The position numbers were made by a program, and so were the translations under genes. Below the pieces are notes generated by a model. That model worked only from the letters and a program-made list of their open reading frames with translations, did no database searches and was not told the DNA's origin. This document shows, piece by piece, positions 1 to 11,446 of a stretch of 64,000 nucleotides of DNA (positions within the stretch are counted from its first letter, which is position 1; each line of letters starts with the position of its first letter). Source of the stretch: Callorhinchus milii (lineage: Eukaryota); assembly GCF_018977255.1 (NCBI RefSeq), contig NW_024704742.1, forward strand, positions 19,284,001 to 19,348,000. The letters are read 5' to 3'.

Positions 1-1397
1 AACCAACTAGGAGACAGGCCATCCTAGACTTTGTTTTGTGTAACGATATTAAGGCTACTCTAGGGCAGTGTGATCATAACACAATAGAGTTTAGTACTAA
101 GTTAGAGAGCGATGTAATCAAATCCGAAGCAAGGGTCTTAAATTTAAATAAAGCTAACTTTGCAGGTATGAAGGAGGAATTAGCTAAAATAGACTGGGAA
201 ATTAGATTAATGGATATGACAATAGACCAACAGTGGCAAACGTTTAAAGATGTAGTGCAAAATTCTCAGCGGTCACATATTCCCTTGAGGAATAAGAGTA
301 CCACAGGGAAAGCAGTTCATCCGTGGCTAACTAGAGCAGTTAGAGAAAGTATAAAACTAAAAGAAATGGCCTATAAAACTGCCAAAAAGAGTAGCAAATC
401 TGAGGACTGGGAGTGTTTTAGGGATCAACAAAGGAAAACCAAAAAGCTCATGAAGAGTGACAAAATGGATTATGAGGGCAAGCTAGCTAGGAACATTAAG
501 ACAAATTGTAAGATTTTTTATAAATACATTGAAAGGAATAGGCTAGCAAAAGTAAATGTGGGTCCATTACAGACAGAGACAGGAGAAATTATAATGGGGG
601 ATAAGGATTTGGCAGAGTCCCTAAATAAATACTTTGCTTTTGTCTTCACGTTAGAAGACACAAGAAGTTTACCAGAAATAGAGATGCACCAAGGGGCTAA
701 TGATAGGGAGCAACTTAGGGAAATTTACATTAACAAAGAATTGGTGCTAGGGAAATTGTTGGCATTAAAAAGTGACAAGTCCCCTGGACCTGATGGTCTG
801 CATCCTAGGGTTTTAAAAGAGGTAGCTCATGAGATAATGGAGGCCTTGTGACTGATCTTCCAAAATTCTTTGGATTCTGGAACAGTTCCCATTGATTGGA
901 AGATTGCAATCGTAGATTCATTAGGTTTGTACCAGGGATGAGGGGATGAGTTATGAGGATAGGTTGAGCAATTTAGGCCTATATTCTCTAGAATATAGAA
1001 GAATGAGAGGTGATCTTATAGAAACCTATAAGATTATAAAGGGGCACGACAGAACAGACAATGGGAGACTTTTTTCCCCTGTTTGGAGAAACTATAACCA
1101 GGGGTCACAATCTTAAAATTAGGGGTAAGCCCTTTCGTATTGAGTTGAGGAAAAACTTCTTCACTCAGAGGGTAGTGAATTTATGGAATTCTCTACCCCA
1201 AAGGGCTGTAGATGCTCAGTCCTTGAACATATTCAAGACTGAGATTGATAGATTTCTTGTGGATAAGGGATTCAGGGATATGGGGATAAGGCAGGTAAGT
1301 GGAGTTAGAATAGATCAGCCACGATCTTATTGAATGGCGGGGCAGGCTAGAGGGGCCGAATGGCCTACTCCTGCACTTATTTCTTATGTTCTTATGT
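1..1397 (+). mobile_element. CR1 LINE ORF2 fragment with internal deletion and intact 3' tail
   Basis: ORF 36-851 has CR1 motifs (LGQCDHN, NLNKANF, KSPGPDGLHPRVLKE). ORF 1061-1333 is the CR1 C-terminus (TRGHNLKI, FFTQRVVNLWNSLP). The element ends GGGCCGAATGGCCTACTCCTG followed by TTCTTATG repeats. Confidence 0.95.
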
Positions 1398-1401
1398 TAT
1401 G

Positions 1402-1445
1402 TTCTCTCGCTTGCGAGGCCAGTACTCTAACCACTGACCTGCACC
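1402..1445 (-). mobile_element. 5' tRNA-like head of a SINE, abutting the CR1 tail
   Basis: Reverse complement GGTCAGTGGTTAGAGTACTGGCCTCGCAAGCGAGAGA matches the SINE head at 19519 (A-box like). Confidence 0.7.
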
Positions 1446-2801
1446 TATTTTGCAGGCAAAAAGTGCATCTTTGCAACAATAGTTTAACGATTTCTAAGCT
1501 GACTCAACTGCCATAAAAAATCCATTAAGTTTTTGGTCATATAAGTGTCCAATGTAATTTTTGCTTTTCTACAGTCTGTTTGACATGATTAAAGAAACAG
1601 CACATTAACACAAAGCTGCTATATAAGAAAAAAACATATCTACGTAAGGAAATATATTCAGATCCAGTATATTTACTTTCGTCAGGCAAAGGGGGAAATT
1701 TTCTGTGTTGCAGAAGATCTGTGGATCAGTGACAGCATGATTTCATGATTCAGAGATGATTTACACTGGGTATTATATTTTGACCACTTATCTTGTTCCT
1801 TGCAATGAAAAATTGTTAGGGGATTTAAAATGACATATTTTCCACTAATGCCCTACTGACTATTTGTGCGCTTCTGCTGTACTACATCCATTGTATATTC
1901 CAGCAGAAAGTCAACTTCACATCTGAAAGATTGTTTAAGTGGTCAAGGGTTTCTAGCAAGAAAACAGTTCTGATAAGCTTTAATAGATTCCAATCCCCAT
2001 AGGGAGCAATTAAGCATGTAAATAGATAATTGATAAACCAACCGATAATGAAAAATAATCTGGAGGATGGGGTTGATTCAAAGCAGAAAAACTGACATTG
2101 CTTCAGATCTCACACCACAAATTGGTGCCATGGGAAGCATTGATGTAGCTTTCAATAGCATATGATGGAGAGCTAGTATGAAAGACAGCTTTGCACTTAC
2201 AAATGTTCAGGTTCAAAATAAGCCATGTACACCACGTACGTGTGTTACAGGGTTACATAGTATTTTCTTGATAAAGCTCCTAATTCAGTCCAAAGATCTA
2301 TAATCTTGGAACTGTCAGATTCATGCAACTGATAGCTTTTTTCATGGCAGAGTGTGTTGTAATAGGCAATAAATAATGGTAAAGAGGAGCAAGCACACAA
2401 TGACATGATGACCTTGGGTGGAGCAAACTGAAATTCAGTCTTAATATTCATAAACCTGAAGATATTGTAGCAGTTAATCTCAGGCAATGGCCATGGAATT
2501 GCTGACTAAAGATAAGTACAGTTCATTTACACTGAGTATACAATGATGGCTTACTGCACAAAACAGATGGTACCAATGTACAATTTCCATAACATTTTGC
2601 ACATTGAAGTAGATTGCTTTGCATATTGAGATTTATTAAATTAAAGTGCAGTTCAAACTATCATGATACTGATTTTTCACTTTCTCTCATCCAACTAAGT
2701 GTCAGTAGAATTTTAATAGATTACTGATGCTGGCACCAAAGTCCGTCTCAATGACAACTAGCCTTAAATACTGGTGTATGTCAGAGGATCACAGCTTTAG
2801 A

Positions 2802-3036
2802 GGCCTGAAATTCCAAATGGCTTTAGCTTCATGACCATAGTCTTAAAATATCAGATTGTACAGAATTTTGGCAAATTCTTCAATTGAGGTGTAACTTGAG
2901 AGCTGATTTTATGTAGTCCATAATTCCTGAAAAAAATTATGGCTAAAGTGGCTTTGCAGTTAAAAAATTGAACTCTGCACAATCTGAAATCTGAAAACAA
3001 TAGTCTCAAGGCTAAAACAGCATATAATTTCAGGTC
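2802..3036. mobile_element. Degenerate palindromic MITE (GGCCTGAAATT...AATTTCAGGTC)
   Basis: Imperfect inverted arms of about 65 bp, including TCAGATTGTACAGA versus TCTGCACAATCTGA. Confidence 0.6.
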
Positions 3037-3076
3037 AAAGATTCCTCTGACATGACAGGAGATAGCTTTGACTCAC

Positions 3077-3177
3077 CTTGTCGGAGTATACCCAATGGTG
3101 AATTTTCCAATGTTCGTCAACCTTTCTGTGATATGGTTGTCACTGAACCATGCCTGGTGCAGGTCAAAAAGTTCCTC
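3077..3177 (-). CDS. Candidate internal exon (101 nt), peptide EELFDLHQAWFSDNHITERLTNIGKFTIGYTPT, unknown gene
   Basis: Acceptor CTGTGTTTAG, consensus donor AAG|GTGAGT, one open frame, no resemblance to the repeats in this window. Confidence 0.4.
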
Positions 3178-3682
3178 CTAAACACAGTTGATCATCAGTC
3201 CCTAGCTAGTGGATGATTGCCTATGTCCACTTTAAAATTCTAGCCAGTAGACATGATCCTGATCTAGAATAGTAACCATTGGAACCAACTGAGTCAAACT
3301 TCCTATCTTTTACAAATCACATTTTCACATTTTCAAACAATCCTTAGCAGAGGACCTTCAACCATTCTAGATAATCACAGCAAAGGACTTATGAATCAAA
3401 TTCAAAATCCTTCTCTTACACATTACTCAGGCTATTCCTGAGGAAACAAGTTTTTCCCCCTCAGGCTTGGTTGCACTAGAGTATTTGATTCTAGCATGTG
3501 ATTCTGCTGACCAAGCAAAAAGCAGTGAGGATACTAATCAAGCCTGAGGCCATGCAAGGAACAGAAGGAACACAGTTTAACATTTGCATCAGCATGTTGT
3601 TTCAGTTACTTACTTTAGCTCTCCTCAGGAGCTTTCAAACCCACAGGAATATGTCATTGAAATGTTTAACTCCTCCGTCAAA

Positions 3683-3990
3683 TAGTAATAACAATAATTC
3701 TTGCATTTGGTATAGTGCCTTATCATGTCGTTGAGATGTCGCAAAGCCCTTTACAGGATATACCGTAAAGTCGATTGAATTTGTACTTCGTGGGCGAAAC
3801 GCTGCAGCCATTGGCGCACAGCAACGTCCCACAAACAGCTATGGAGTGAGTGACCAATTTTATTTGGGAGCTTTGTTGGGATTTGTAGGACATCGGGAGA
3901 AACTCCCTTCTCTTTTCGAATAGTGCCATGGGATCTTTAACATCCACTTGAAAGGCAGAGAGGACCTCACTTTAATGTCTTATCCAAATA
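3683..3990 (-). mobile_element. Deu-domain SINE, 3' part with L2-like tail
   Basis: Reverse complement contains GTGGATGTTAAAGATCCCATGGCACTATTCG and the GGCTGCAGCGTTTCGCCCAC...AAATGCAAG tail. Confidence 0.85.
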
Positions 3991-4087
3991 TTTGTTTAAT
4001 GTCTCAAGTGGTAAAGATCCAATAATGTCCAAAGTAAAAATGATCATTCACTTCATGGCTATTTGGGTACATTGCTGTGCACAAATT

Positions 4088-4415
4088 ATGTGCCACGTTT
4101 GCCACTGGTAGGTGGGTCGGTATCCCGAGGACACCGATTTAAAATAGTTGTTGAAAAAAGGGGAGGTGAAGAGAATTTTTTTTCACACAGCGAGTTGTTC
4201 GGATCTAGAATGAAAGGGTGGTGGAAGCCATTTTGATAACAACTTTTAGGAGAGAAGTAGATGATTATTTGGGGAGGACAAGTTTGCAGGGCTATGGGGA
4301 GAGAGCAGGGGAGTGGGATTGATTTGGATAGGTCATTTCAAAGAGTCAGCACAGATAAGATGGGCCGAATGGCCTCCTTCTGTGCTGTATAATTTTATGA
4401 TTATATGATTCTATG
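4088..4415 (+). mobile_element. 5'-truncated CR1 3' end
   Basis: GGGCCGAATGGCCTCCTTCTGTGCTGTA followed by a degenerate (ATTCTATG)n tail. Confidence 0.85.
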
Positions 4416-5196
4416 AAATACACCATCACTGGACTTCAGAGTAAAAATCCTTATTCTTTATTGGCACAAGCTCACTATTTTTCTGAACATAATGATACTA
4501 GATTTCAAAAGATGCCTATCAGAATTTAACACCAAGAGTGTGATCCACTGCACCAGTGAAATACCTCACATTTAAATTTCCAAATTATTAGGTAGCGCCA
4601 TCTCCGATACATCATCAATCATTGTTAAACACACTGTACATTTTTCATCAATAAAAATCTAAATGATGCTTGGAACATTAAAGCACAGTATGGTTCTGAA
4701 TTAGTTAGAATAGATTTGATTAACAGCAAAACACACTAGCAATGAAAATGCAATATCTCAAATGAAAACAACAGATAATGTATAATTGTGTCTTTTTTTG
4801 TTGGAACACATTTTATAATAAAATAAATCAACAGCAAAATATGCTGATTTTTAAAATATAAATCACCAATATTACCTTTAAATCATGACACTAAGCAACA
4901 TAACAGTCCTCAATGAAGTGAAAAATCTTCAGAAGGCTGTACAAAGGCACAGTTTATGATTTATCTAAGCGTGAAAATAGAATTTCAACGTGCCAATTGT
5001 CTTCTCAGCCACACTCGATGTCGACAAATGCAATTATCTCTTTGTTCTGCAGGAATCCTGAGGTGGAGACTACAAGATATCAGTGAGAATTACAGAGCAA
5101 TCTCTCTCACCCTGAGCAAAACAAAAGAACAAAACCTCTTGCACATGATTAATTAAACAAGCAGATGGTTTAAATTATGGTTTCCAGAAGAAGTGT

Positions 5197-5475
5197 TTTG
5201 GGCAGCTTGGTGTCTGATGCATGTGGAAACCTATCACCATGCTCAAAAGTATCCAAATCAGACTGAAAGCTCCAAATATGCATACTATCAGCGCATATTC
5301 AAGTCCTGCTGATGAGCCAGGCTGGCTTGTCTGTCGTCAGCAGTATCCTGGAATACAGCGGGCCTGCCTGCCTGAATCATCGGACAACTAAGACCACCAC
5401 AGAGGGTTGACATATTTCCTCCCTTTCATTGGCAAACACGTCAACATGGAGCTAGCTTAGCCCAAGGAGGATAGG
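5197..5475 (-). mobile_element. Fragment of unnamed LINE family X (3' UTR and tail, internally deleted)
   Basis: Reverse complement aligns by eye with 56700-56890 and with the tail at 41420-41490. Confidence 0.7.
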
Positions 5476-5766
5476 ATAGTCAGAGCATTTATTGACATTT
5501 ACAAAATAAAAATTGCTTGCCTCGGGTGTCAGTTTCTGGAAGATGAATATCTAAAATATACTTATCAGTGAACCCTGCACATTGCCAAAACTCCTGCAAG
5601 GCAGAGTTAGAATGAATATATCTCATGAATGATTTTTGAAAGTCACTGAGACGCCACCCCACATGAAGGGCGCAGTATAAATGCAAGTTGTTACTGTTTT
5701 GGGGGGGAATTTTACACCCAGAGTAAAATTTGGGATATTTCTTTATTTTAAAACGGCTGTGAAGTA

Positions 5767-5785
5767 CACCAGCAGATGGCAGCAC
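5767..5785 (+). promoter_or_regulatory. CTCF-like motif
   Basis: CACCAGCAGATGGCAGCAC matches the CCASYAGRKGGCRS core. Confidence 0.4.
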
Positions 5786-5989
5786 CTCTGTATTCCTCAG
5801 ATAAGCATTTTTTTTATCAATTATCAAATTAGCAATTAAGATGGCTTGGCAATTTTGCTGAGGAGATGTATGGATTTTCAACCTCCTTGACATATTAGGA
5901 ATAGGAAACAATTGCAAAAGAGAACAACGTGGAGCCCAATATAGGGCTTTCTAACATTTACAGGATATTAATTGCTCGCTTTGGGTGTC

Positions 5990-6300
5990 AATTTGTAGCA
6001 CTCTCAGTCTAAACGTTGTATCTTCAAACCCCACATCAGGACTTGGAGCTCATAGTCTAGGCTAGCATTCCAATCAGTGCTGGGAAGCATTTCATTGTTA
6101 GAAATGTCGTCCTTTGGATGAATCTTTATTCTGAGGTCCCATCTGCCTGATCATGTGATTAAAATATCCCATGGCACAATTTGAAGAGAGAAGTTTCTCC
6201 CGGTCAAAGCGGGTCACTTCATGGCTGTTTGTGGTATATTGTGTTCAAATTTGCTACCACCTTCATCTGCAAATATGCATTTATTACAGTTTACAAACAA
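5990..6300 (+). mobile_element. Degraded Deu-domain SINE
   Basis: GTCGTCCTTTGGATG...GAGGTCCCATCTGCC...ATCCCATGGCACAAT, matching the other copies. Confidence 0.75.
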
Positions 6301-9280
6301 AGTATTGACTTCCTGTTTGTTCACTCCAAACTAGGCTCTGTAAGACAATCACAGCAATTCTGATCTGGCTCCAAAGGTGCCTTTTCTCCAATGGATCAAT
6401 TCAAAATCCCTTCATGGTTGTGAACCAACCTGTCCCTCTGGTCTCACATGTGCCTATTCCTCTGGCCATTCTGTTTGCTTCATGCCTTCTCCCCCTGCTC
6501 CACCCCACCATCAGCAAGTGAATCTTTAATCATTTCCCCTCCCTTTGCCCTTCCCTCTCTGTTTTCAAATTCCCCCACTCCTGAGCTCCCTACCAGGTCT
6601 GGCTCATTGAACCATAGAAATTTACCGCCATTCAGCCCAATGTGTCTATGCTTGTCCTTTTAGTCCCACTTTTTCCCCATACCCTATAGTTTATATTTCA
6701 GTAAACTCCCATTCAGTAAAGTACTTTGAGACATTCACCCAACATGAAAGGCACTGTATAAGTGTAAATTTGCTGTTGTTGAAGAAGAGAAGACCAACAA
6801 GCCTATTCTTTCCACAGACCAACTGTACCCTGTCATTGGATTTTACCCAAAATCCCTCAATCTCCTGAGGAAAAACTCCACTCCACCTGGACACTCCTGA
6901 TCTTTAAAGAAACAGCCAAGTGAAACGTCCAATCTAAGTCTACTCCTCACAAGCCCAAGTTATGCACAAATCCTTGTGTCCAATAGAGTATCCACTTATC
7001 TGTATAACTATTACTTATCCAATTGTTTCAGCGCCTTGGGACATCCTCCCAACATGAAAGGTGCTTTACAAATGTAATTTTGTTGTTGTTGTTTCTGAAG
7101 CAGTTAAGCACATGGTGTTTGCTACATATCTAGTACCCTTATAGGGATAAGTACTGATAGAGTCAATCAGATGCTCTGTGAAACATGTCACCTGAATTGC
7201 AAGGAACTTTTGAAATGCCTTTCCAAGGTAGGCAGCTGGCCAAAAGGAGAGAAAATAAGTTGATACATAATCTGGAGTTCACTTGTTTGGCTTTAGGGAG
7301 AAGGAAGATACTTTGTAGAATCTTTTTCCATTAGACCAGGGGTTCCAGTAAACCTTGTCCCAGTAAACCTACCTAAGCCAAGAAAAAAGCAACTGCACTT
7401 CCCCGCAGTTTACCAAGACAACACAAAGAACCGAAAATCCCATGCTTCACTAGAGTACAAGCAACAAAGTACAAAAAGGTTCCGATCAATATGTTTACAA
7501 TAAGGGTTTGAGTGTCAAAAGCACCAATTCTCCTTCTCAAAGCACCCTCTATGCCATCCCATGGATCTGCCTAAAAAGAGAACAATCAGAGCAGCCAAAA
7601 CGAAATTGCATAAACACTCCAGGAAATCACAACATCAAAAAACTATAGACCATGTCAGTACAATATCCATCAGTCCCACCCCATCAATCGGAGGAGTGAG
7701 CCTATCTTCTCATTGTACAAAATATACAGTCGATTCACTATGCAGTACATTCTGTGAAACGCTTTGAGACGTCTCGAAGATGTGATAAAGAGCTCATTCA
7801 AATTCAAGGATTATTATTATTATTACAAAGCAGTGGAGTAGAGGTGGAATTTGACTATTGTGAAAGTGCCATTGCAAAGCTTGGCCTTCGGGGGAACAAC
7901 GGAAGACACAAAACCTGGGCATGTTGAGAGGTACAACGCAATTGGCGCCTCCCCTGGCTCCCCAAGAAGGTGTGCCCCATAGTTTGGGAACCTCAACACT
8001 AAACTAACTGAGTTGGGTTGAGTCCACAATAGAGAGGACTGTATGTAGTACCTGCCTAGAATCATTTGTTGTGTTCTCACCTATTTCAGGCACTCAATGT
8101 ACCACCCAAATTAAAGGATTTCACATTACAAGCACTCTGCAGGCAGTCACTTAGAAGTCAAAATGCAGTTGGCGATTTGTCTAAGAAAATCATTCTATCC
8201 TGTCTTAAGGAGTGATTGTGAAGGCAAAGCAAGTTATAATAATAATAATCCTTGCCTTATCACATCTTCGAGATGTTACAAGTGCTTCAATATAATATAA
8301 GAGAAGGGGGGCACTTCGTCGATTTTTTTTTCATGAAATCAAATGAGATTGGTAGAGTTTGCCATAGAGAAGATTGTACATGGTTTTGGAGGAATAGTCC
8401 AAGTAGCCTGATCTGATTTTGTGCTGACCTGTTCTTTTATACAGATATTTATCGGCTTTAAATATTTGCTGGTCCGATTTTAAAAAAATTCCTTTAACAA
8501 TGTTCTGAAAAAAATATTTTGCGGTCTAAAAGAATTAATACAGTTAAATTGATAGTGAGTCAATACAGTGAGTCCAGTTTGCATTTTCCAGCAGTTGCAC
8601 CCTTAGAAGTCATTAATTCAGTGCTCCAATTAAGATAATGTACCTTGTACATATTGCTATGGCAACCACAATAATATTGCAGTAGAAACCTACAATGAAA
8701 TGATGTGTCAGCGCTGCAGTGAGCTTCTATATTTGTCTAATGCAAGCAGTTTCCTAATAATTGTTTGGCTTTGATGCCTTTTTTGTGCCTGCATTAAACA
8801 ACTCACGAATTCTGCCCTTTCACTCCTACTCTTTGAAATGCTTGTAGGATATATAGATTAACGTTAAAATAACGCATTGCCTCAAGATAATTTGTTTCTG
8901 CAAAATTGTAAAATACAGCATTATTAAGATGAATTATGAGGTTTGAATTTGTCTGTAGCTAATAAATTGGATAATTTCCACCATCCGTCTCGGAGCCCAT
9001 TCAGGACTGTGAAACACTTTGAGATGTCCTCCTGATGTGAACGGCACTAGATAAATGTAAATTGTATTGTACTAACCAGAATTATTTTAATTATTTTAAT
9101 TATTTTAATACAAATACAAAATTGCAATAAGGTGCATCAGTGGCAATGTAAAGTTTCTGAAATTTATTTAGTGTATTTACCAACATTTTTAGGGTAGACT
9201 TTTGATATATGCATAAATATTTCACGATGTGTTTGCAGCTTTTTATGATTGTTATATAAGAGGATACGCACTGAATGAGT

Positions 9281-9370
9281 TAGGCAGAAAAAGACTCTAT
9301 AAAACCTTGAATCAGTTCAAGGTTTTAACTGATAACTGATCCAAGGTTTTATAGAGGCTTTTTCTGCCTA
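9281..9370. repeat. Inverted repeat, 37-bp arms with 2 mismatches, 16-nt spacer
   Basis: TAGGCAGAAAAAGACTCTATAAAACCTTGAATCAGTT versus AACTGATCCAAGGTTTTATAGAGGCTTTTTCTGCCTA. Confidence 0.95.
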
Positions 9371-11275
9371 CTTCAGGCATCTTATTACCTAAGTGGAGGT
9401 CTATTTATTACCTAAATAATAGACTTCCACTTTACAAGCACTTTTGGGACGGTCAACAATTAGAAGACAAGTTGCAGTTGGCTATTTGTCTTGGAAAATT
9501 ATTCTATCATGTCTTGAGGAGTGATTGTGGTGACATGGAGAATGCAAAGCAAGTCCGCTGAAACTATGAAAAGACATTGTTGATCTCAAATGGGTCCTGA
9601 TCTGTTTCAATGACGAATGTTCTGATGAAGTAGTTGTCACTAGCACCATGGCTGTGATTGTTCACAGTCTGTCTTAAGAAAGAACATGAAGCTCCAGTTA
9701 TCTAAAGTGTCTGAAATCTTCTGTTGCAGCTAACTCAGATATTCAAATGTTACTGTCATGACTTTCCTCAGAGTTCAAATTCTGCCTCAATCACATTGTG
9801 AATAATTGCCTTCATACTTCTTGGGAAAAAGTATTTTTGCAAGAACTAAGGAGCCAAAGGCAGGCTTGGGTGCTTGGTATCTGTGAAGCAGAATCCCAGC
9901 CAAGAGTCAGTGATTTTAGAAGAACATAAGAAATGCTAGACGAAAAAAGAATAAGTTCCATCTAGTTCTCCTTCCACCTTCCTGGCGGTCGCACGCACAT
10001 AGAGCCCAAACTACCTACGTAGAAGAGGAAAGGCGAAAATGGCAAAAAAAAACATCCCACCTCACACAGGTTGACAGAATCCAATCTTCCTTGGATCAAA
10101 GAGCCACACATTTGTGTTAAAATAAGGTTTCACTGTATTACGCTTTGAGACATTTCGAAGACTTGATAAGGTGCTATATCAAATGAAAGGATTATTATTA
10201 CTATTTTTACAGAAACAAAACTTAGAAGACTAGCCCTTAACAAACCCTAACCCTTTATAAATATCACATCAGATAAGTTATGATTATGCCACTAATTTCA
10301 CTCCAGAGTCCCAGGAAGTCCAGAAAATATGCTTCACATAATTTAGTGGAAAGTACAGTGACTGTGTATTTTGTAGACGAAGACAGCAGCCAATTTGCGT
10401 CATGTCCCACAAGCAGCCAGGAAGTGAATGACCAAGCAAGGGAGAAGGAGAAGGAGAAGGAGAGGGAAGGAAATACCTTGTAAATAAAGCTAATAAAAAA
10501 CAGATTCATTCAATCTTTTCAATGTTATTATTCCTATTTTATTTGGCGGTAAGAGCAAATTGAAAAACCTTAGCTAAGGTCAAATCTGACTCTGAGATTT
10601 TGTTATAATTCAAAAGCCCAGATAAGGAAGGTAAAGCTGCAGTCAAGTCAGTCATATAAAATGTGAAAGCAGGAAATGCTGGATGTGAAATTGCAGGAGA
10701 CACACAGAATAAAAACAGGATTGGATGTGCAAAGCCATTTGAAGGGTTAAAATCTGAAGTTATATGTATACACAAGGATTTTACTGTGAAATTTAGCACA
10801 TGCTGATACAAAGTGGAAATGGTTTGAACACAGAGCAAAGCCAGTAGTTATCAGTACTTTACTATTTTCATGTATTTAAATGCAATGAACTATTTTATAG
10901 CAGCACAAATCTCAAGTGGCATGAAATGACTGGTGTGTCAAACACCAAACAGCTGAGGCCAGTTGTTTTCACAAATTTTTGTTTCAAACACTTCATACAT
11001 GAGTTGCTTGCAAACTTTCTGCTGTTCAAGTGACAAGAGATCTTAAGTGACCACAAGCTATTCCCATGAGGTTTAAGTCAGCAGCAATCTCAGGGCAAGA
11101 GGACTAGGAGGTCAATTAGCGTGACAAAATCAAAAATAAAGTGAAAATGAAGCACTTTCCATCCCTATGCTATCTCTATATTGCTCGCTCAGAATCTGAT
11201 GTTGATGTTTCAGTTTCAAAAAATATACCATATTTACATTGGACTGGAACTCTCACTTCCGAAGGTTGGCCTTAC

Positions 11276-11446
11276 CTTGCTTTATATTCGCTTCTTTGCT
11301 GGTGGTAGTCATTAAGCTGTTTAGTTGGCAATGAATCCATTAAACTGTCCAATGGTTGGCTTGGCTTATTGTCGGCAGTTGGTGTACCAATTGATGCCCA
11401 ACCAGCATTGGTATGCTCTTTGAGATATCCTTCTGACTTGATGGTG
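11276..11446 (-). CDS. Candidate symmetric internal exon (171 nt, phase 2-2), peptide TIKSEGYLKEHTNAGWASIGTPTADNKPSQPLDSLMDSLPTKQLNDYHQQRSEYKA
   Basis: Acceptor TAATTGTATTGTAG, donor AAG|GTAAGG, open frame spanning the interval between the splice sites, protein-like composition. Confidence 0.5.

Noticed and set aside
10441..10470. REKEKEKE-type coding repeat
   Set aside because: It is a simple (GGAGAA)n microsatellite next to a SINE fragment.
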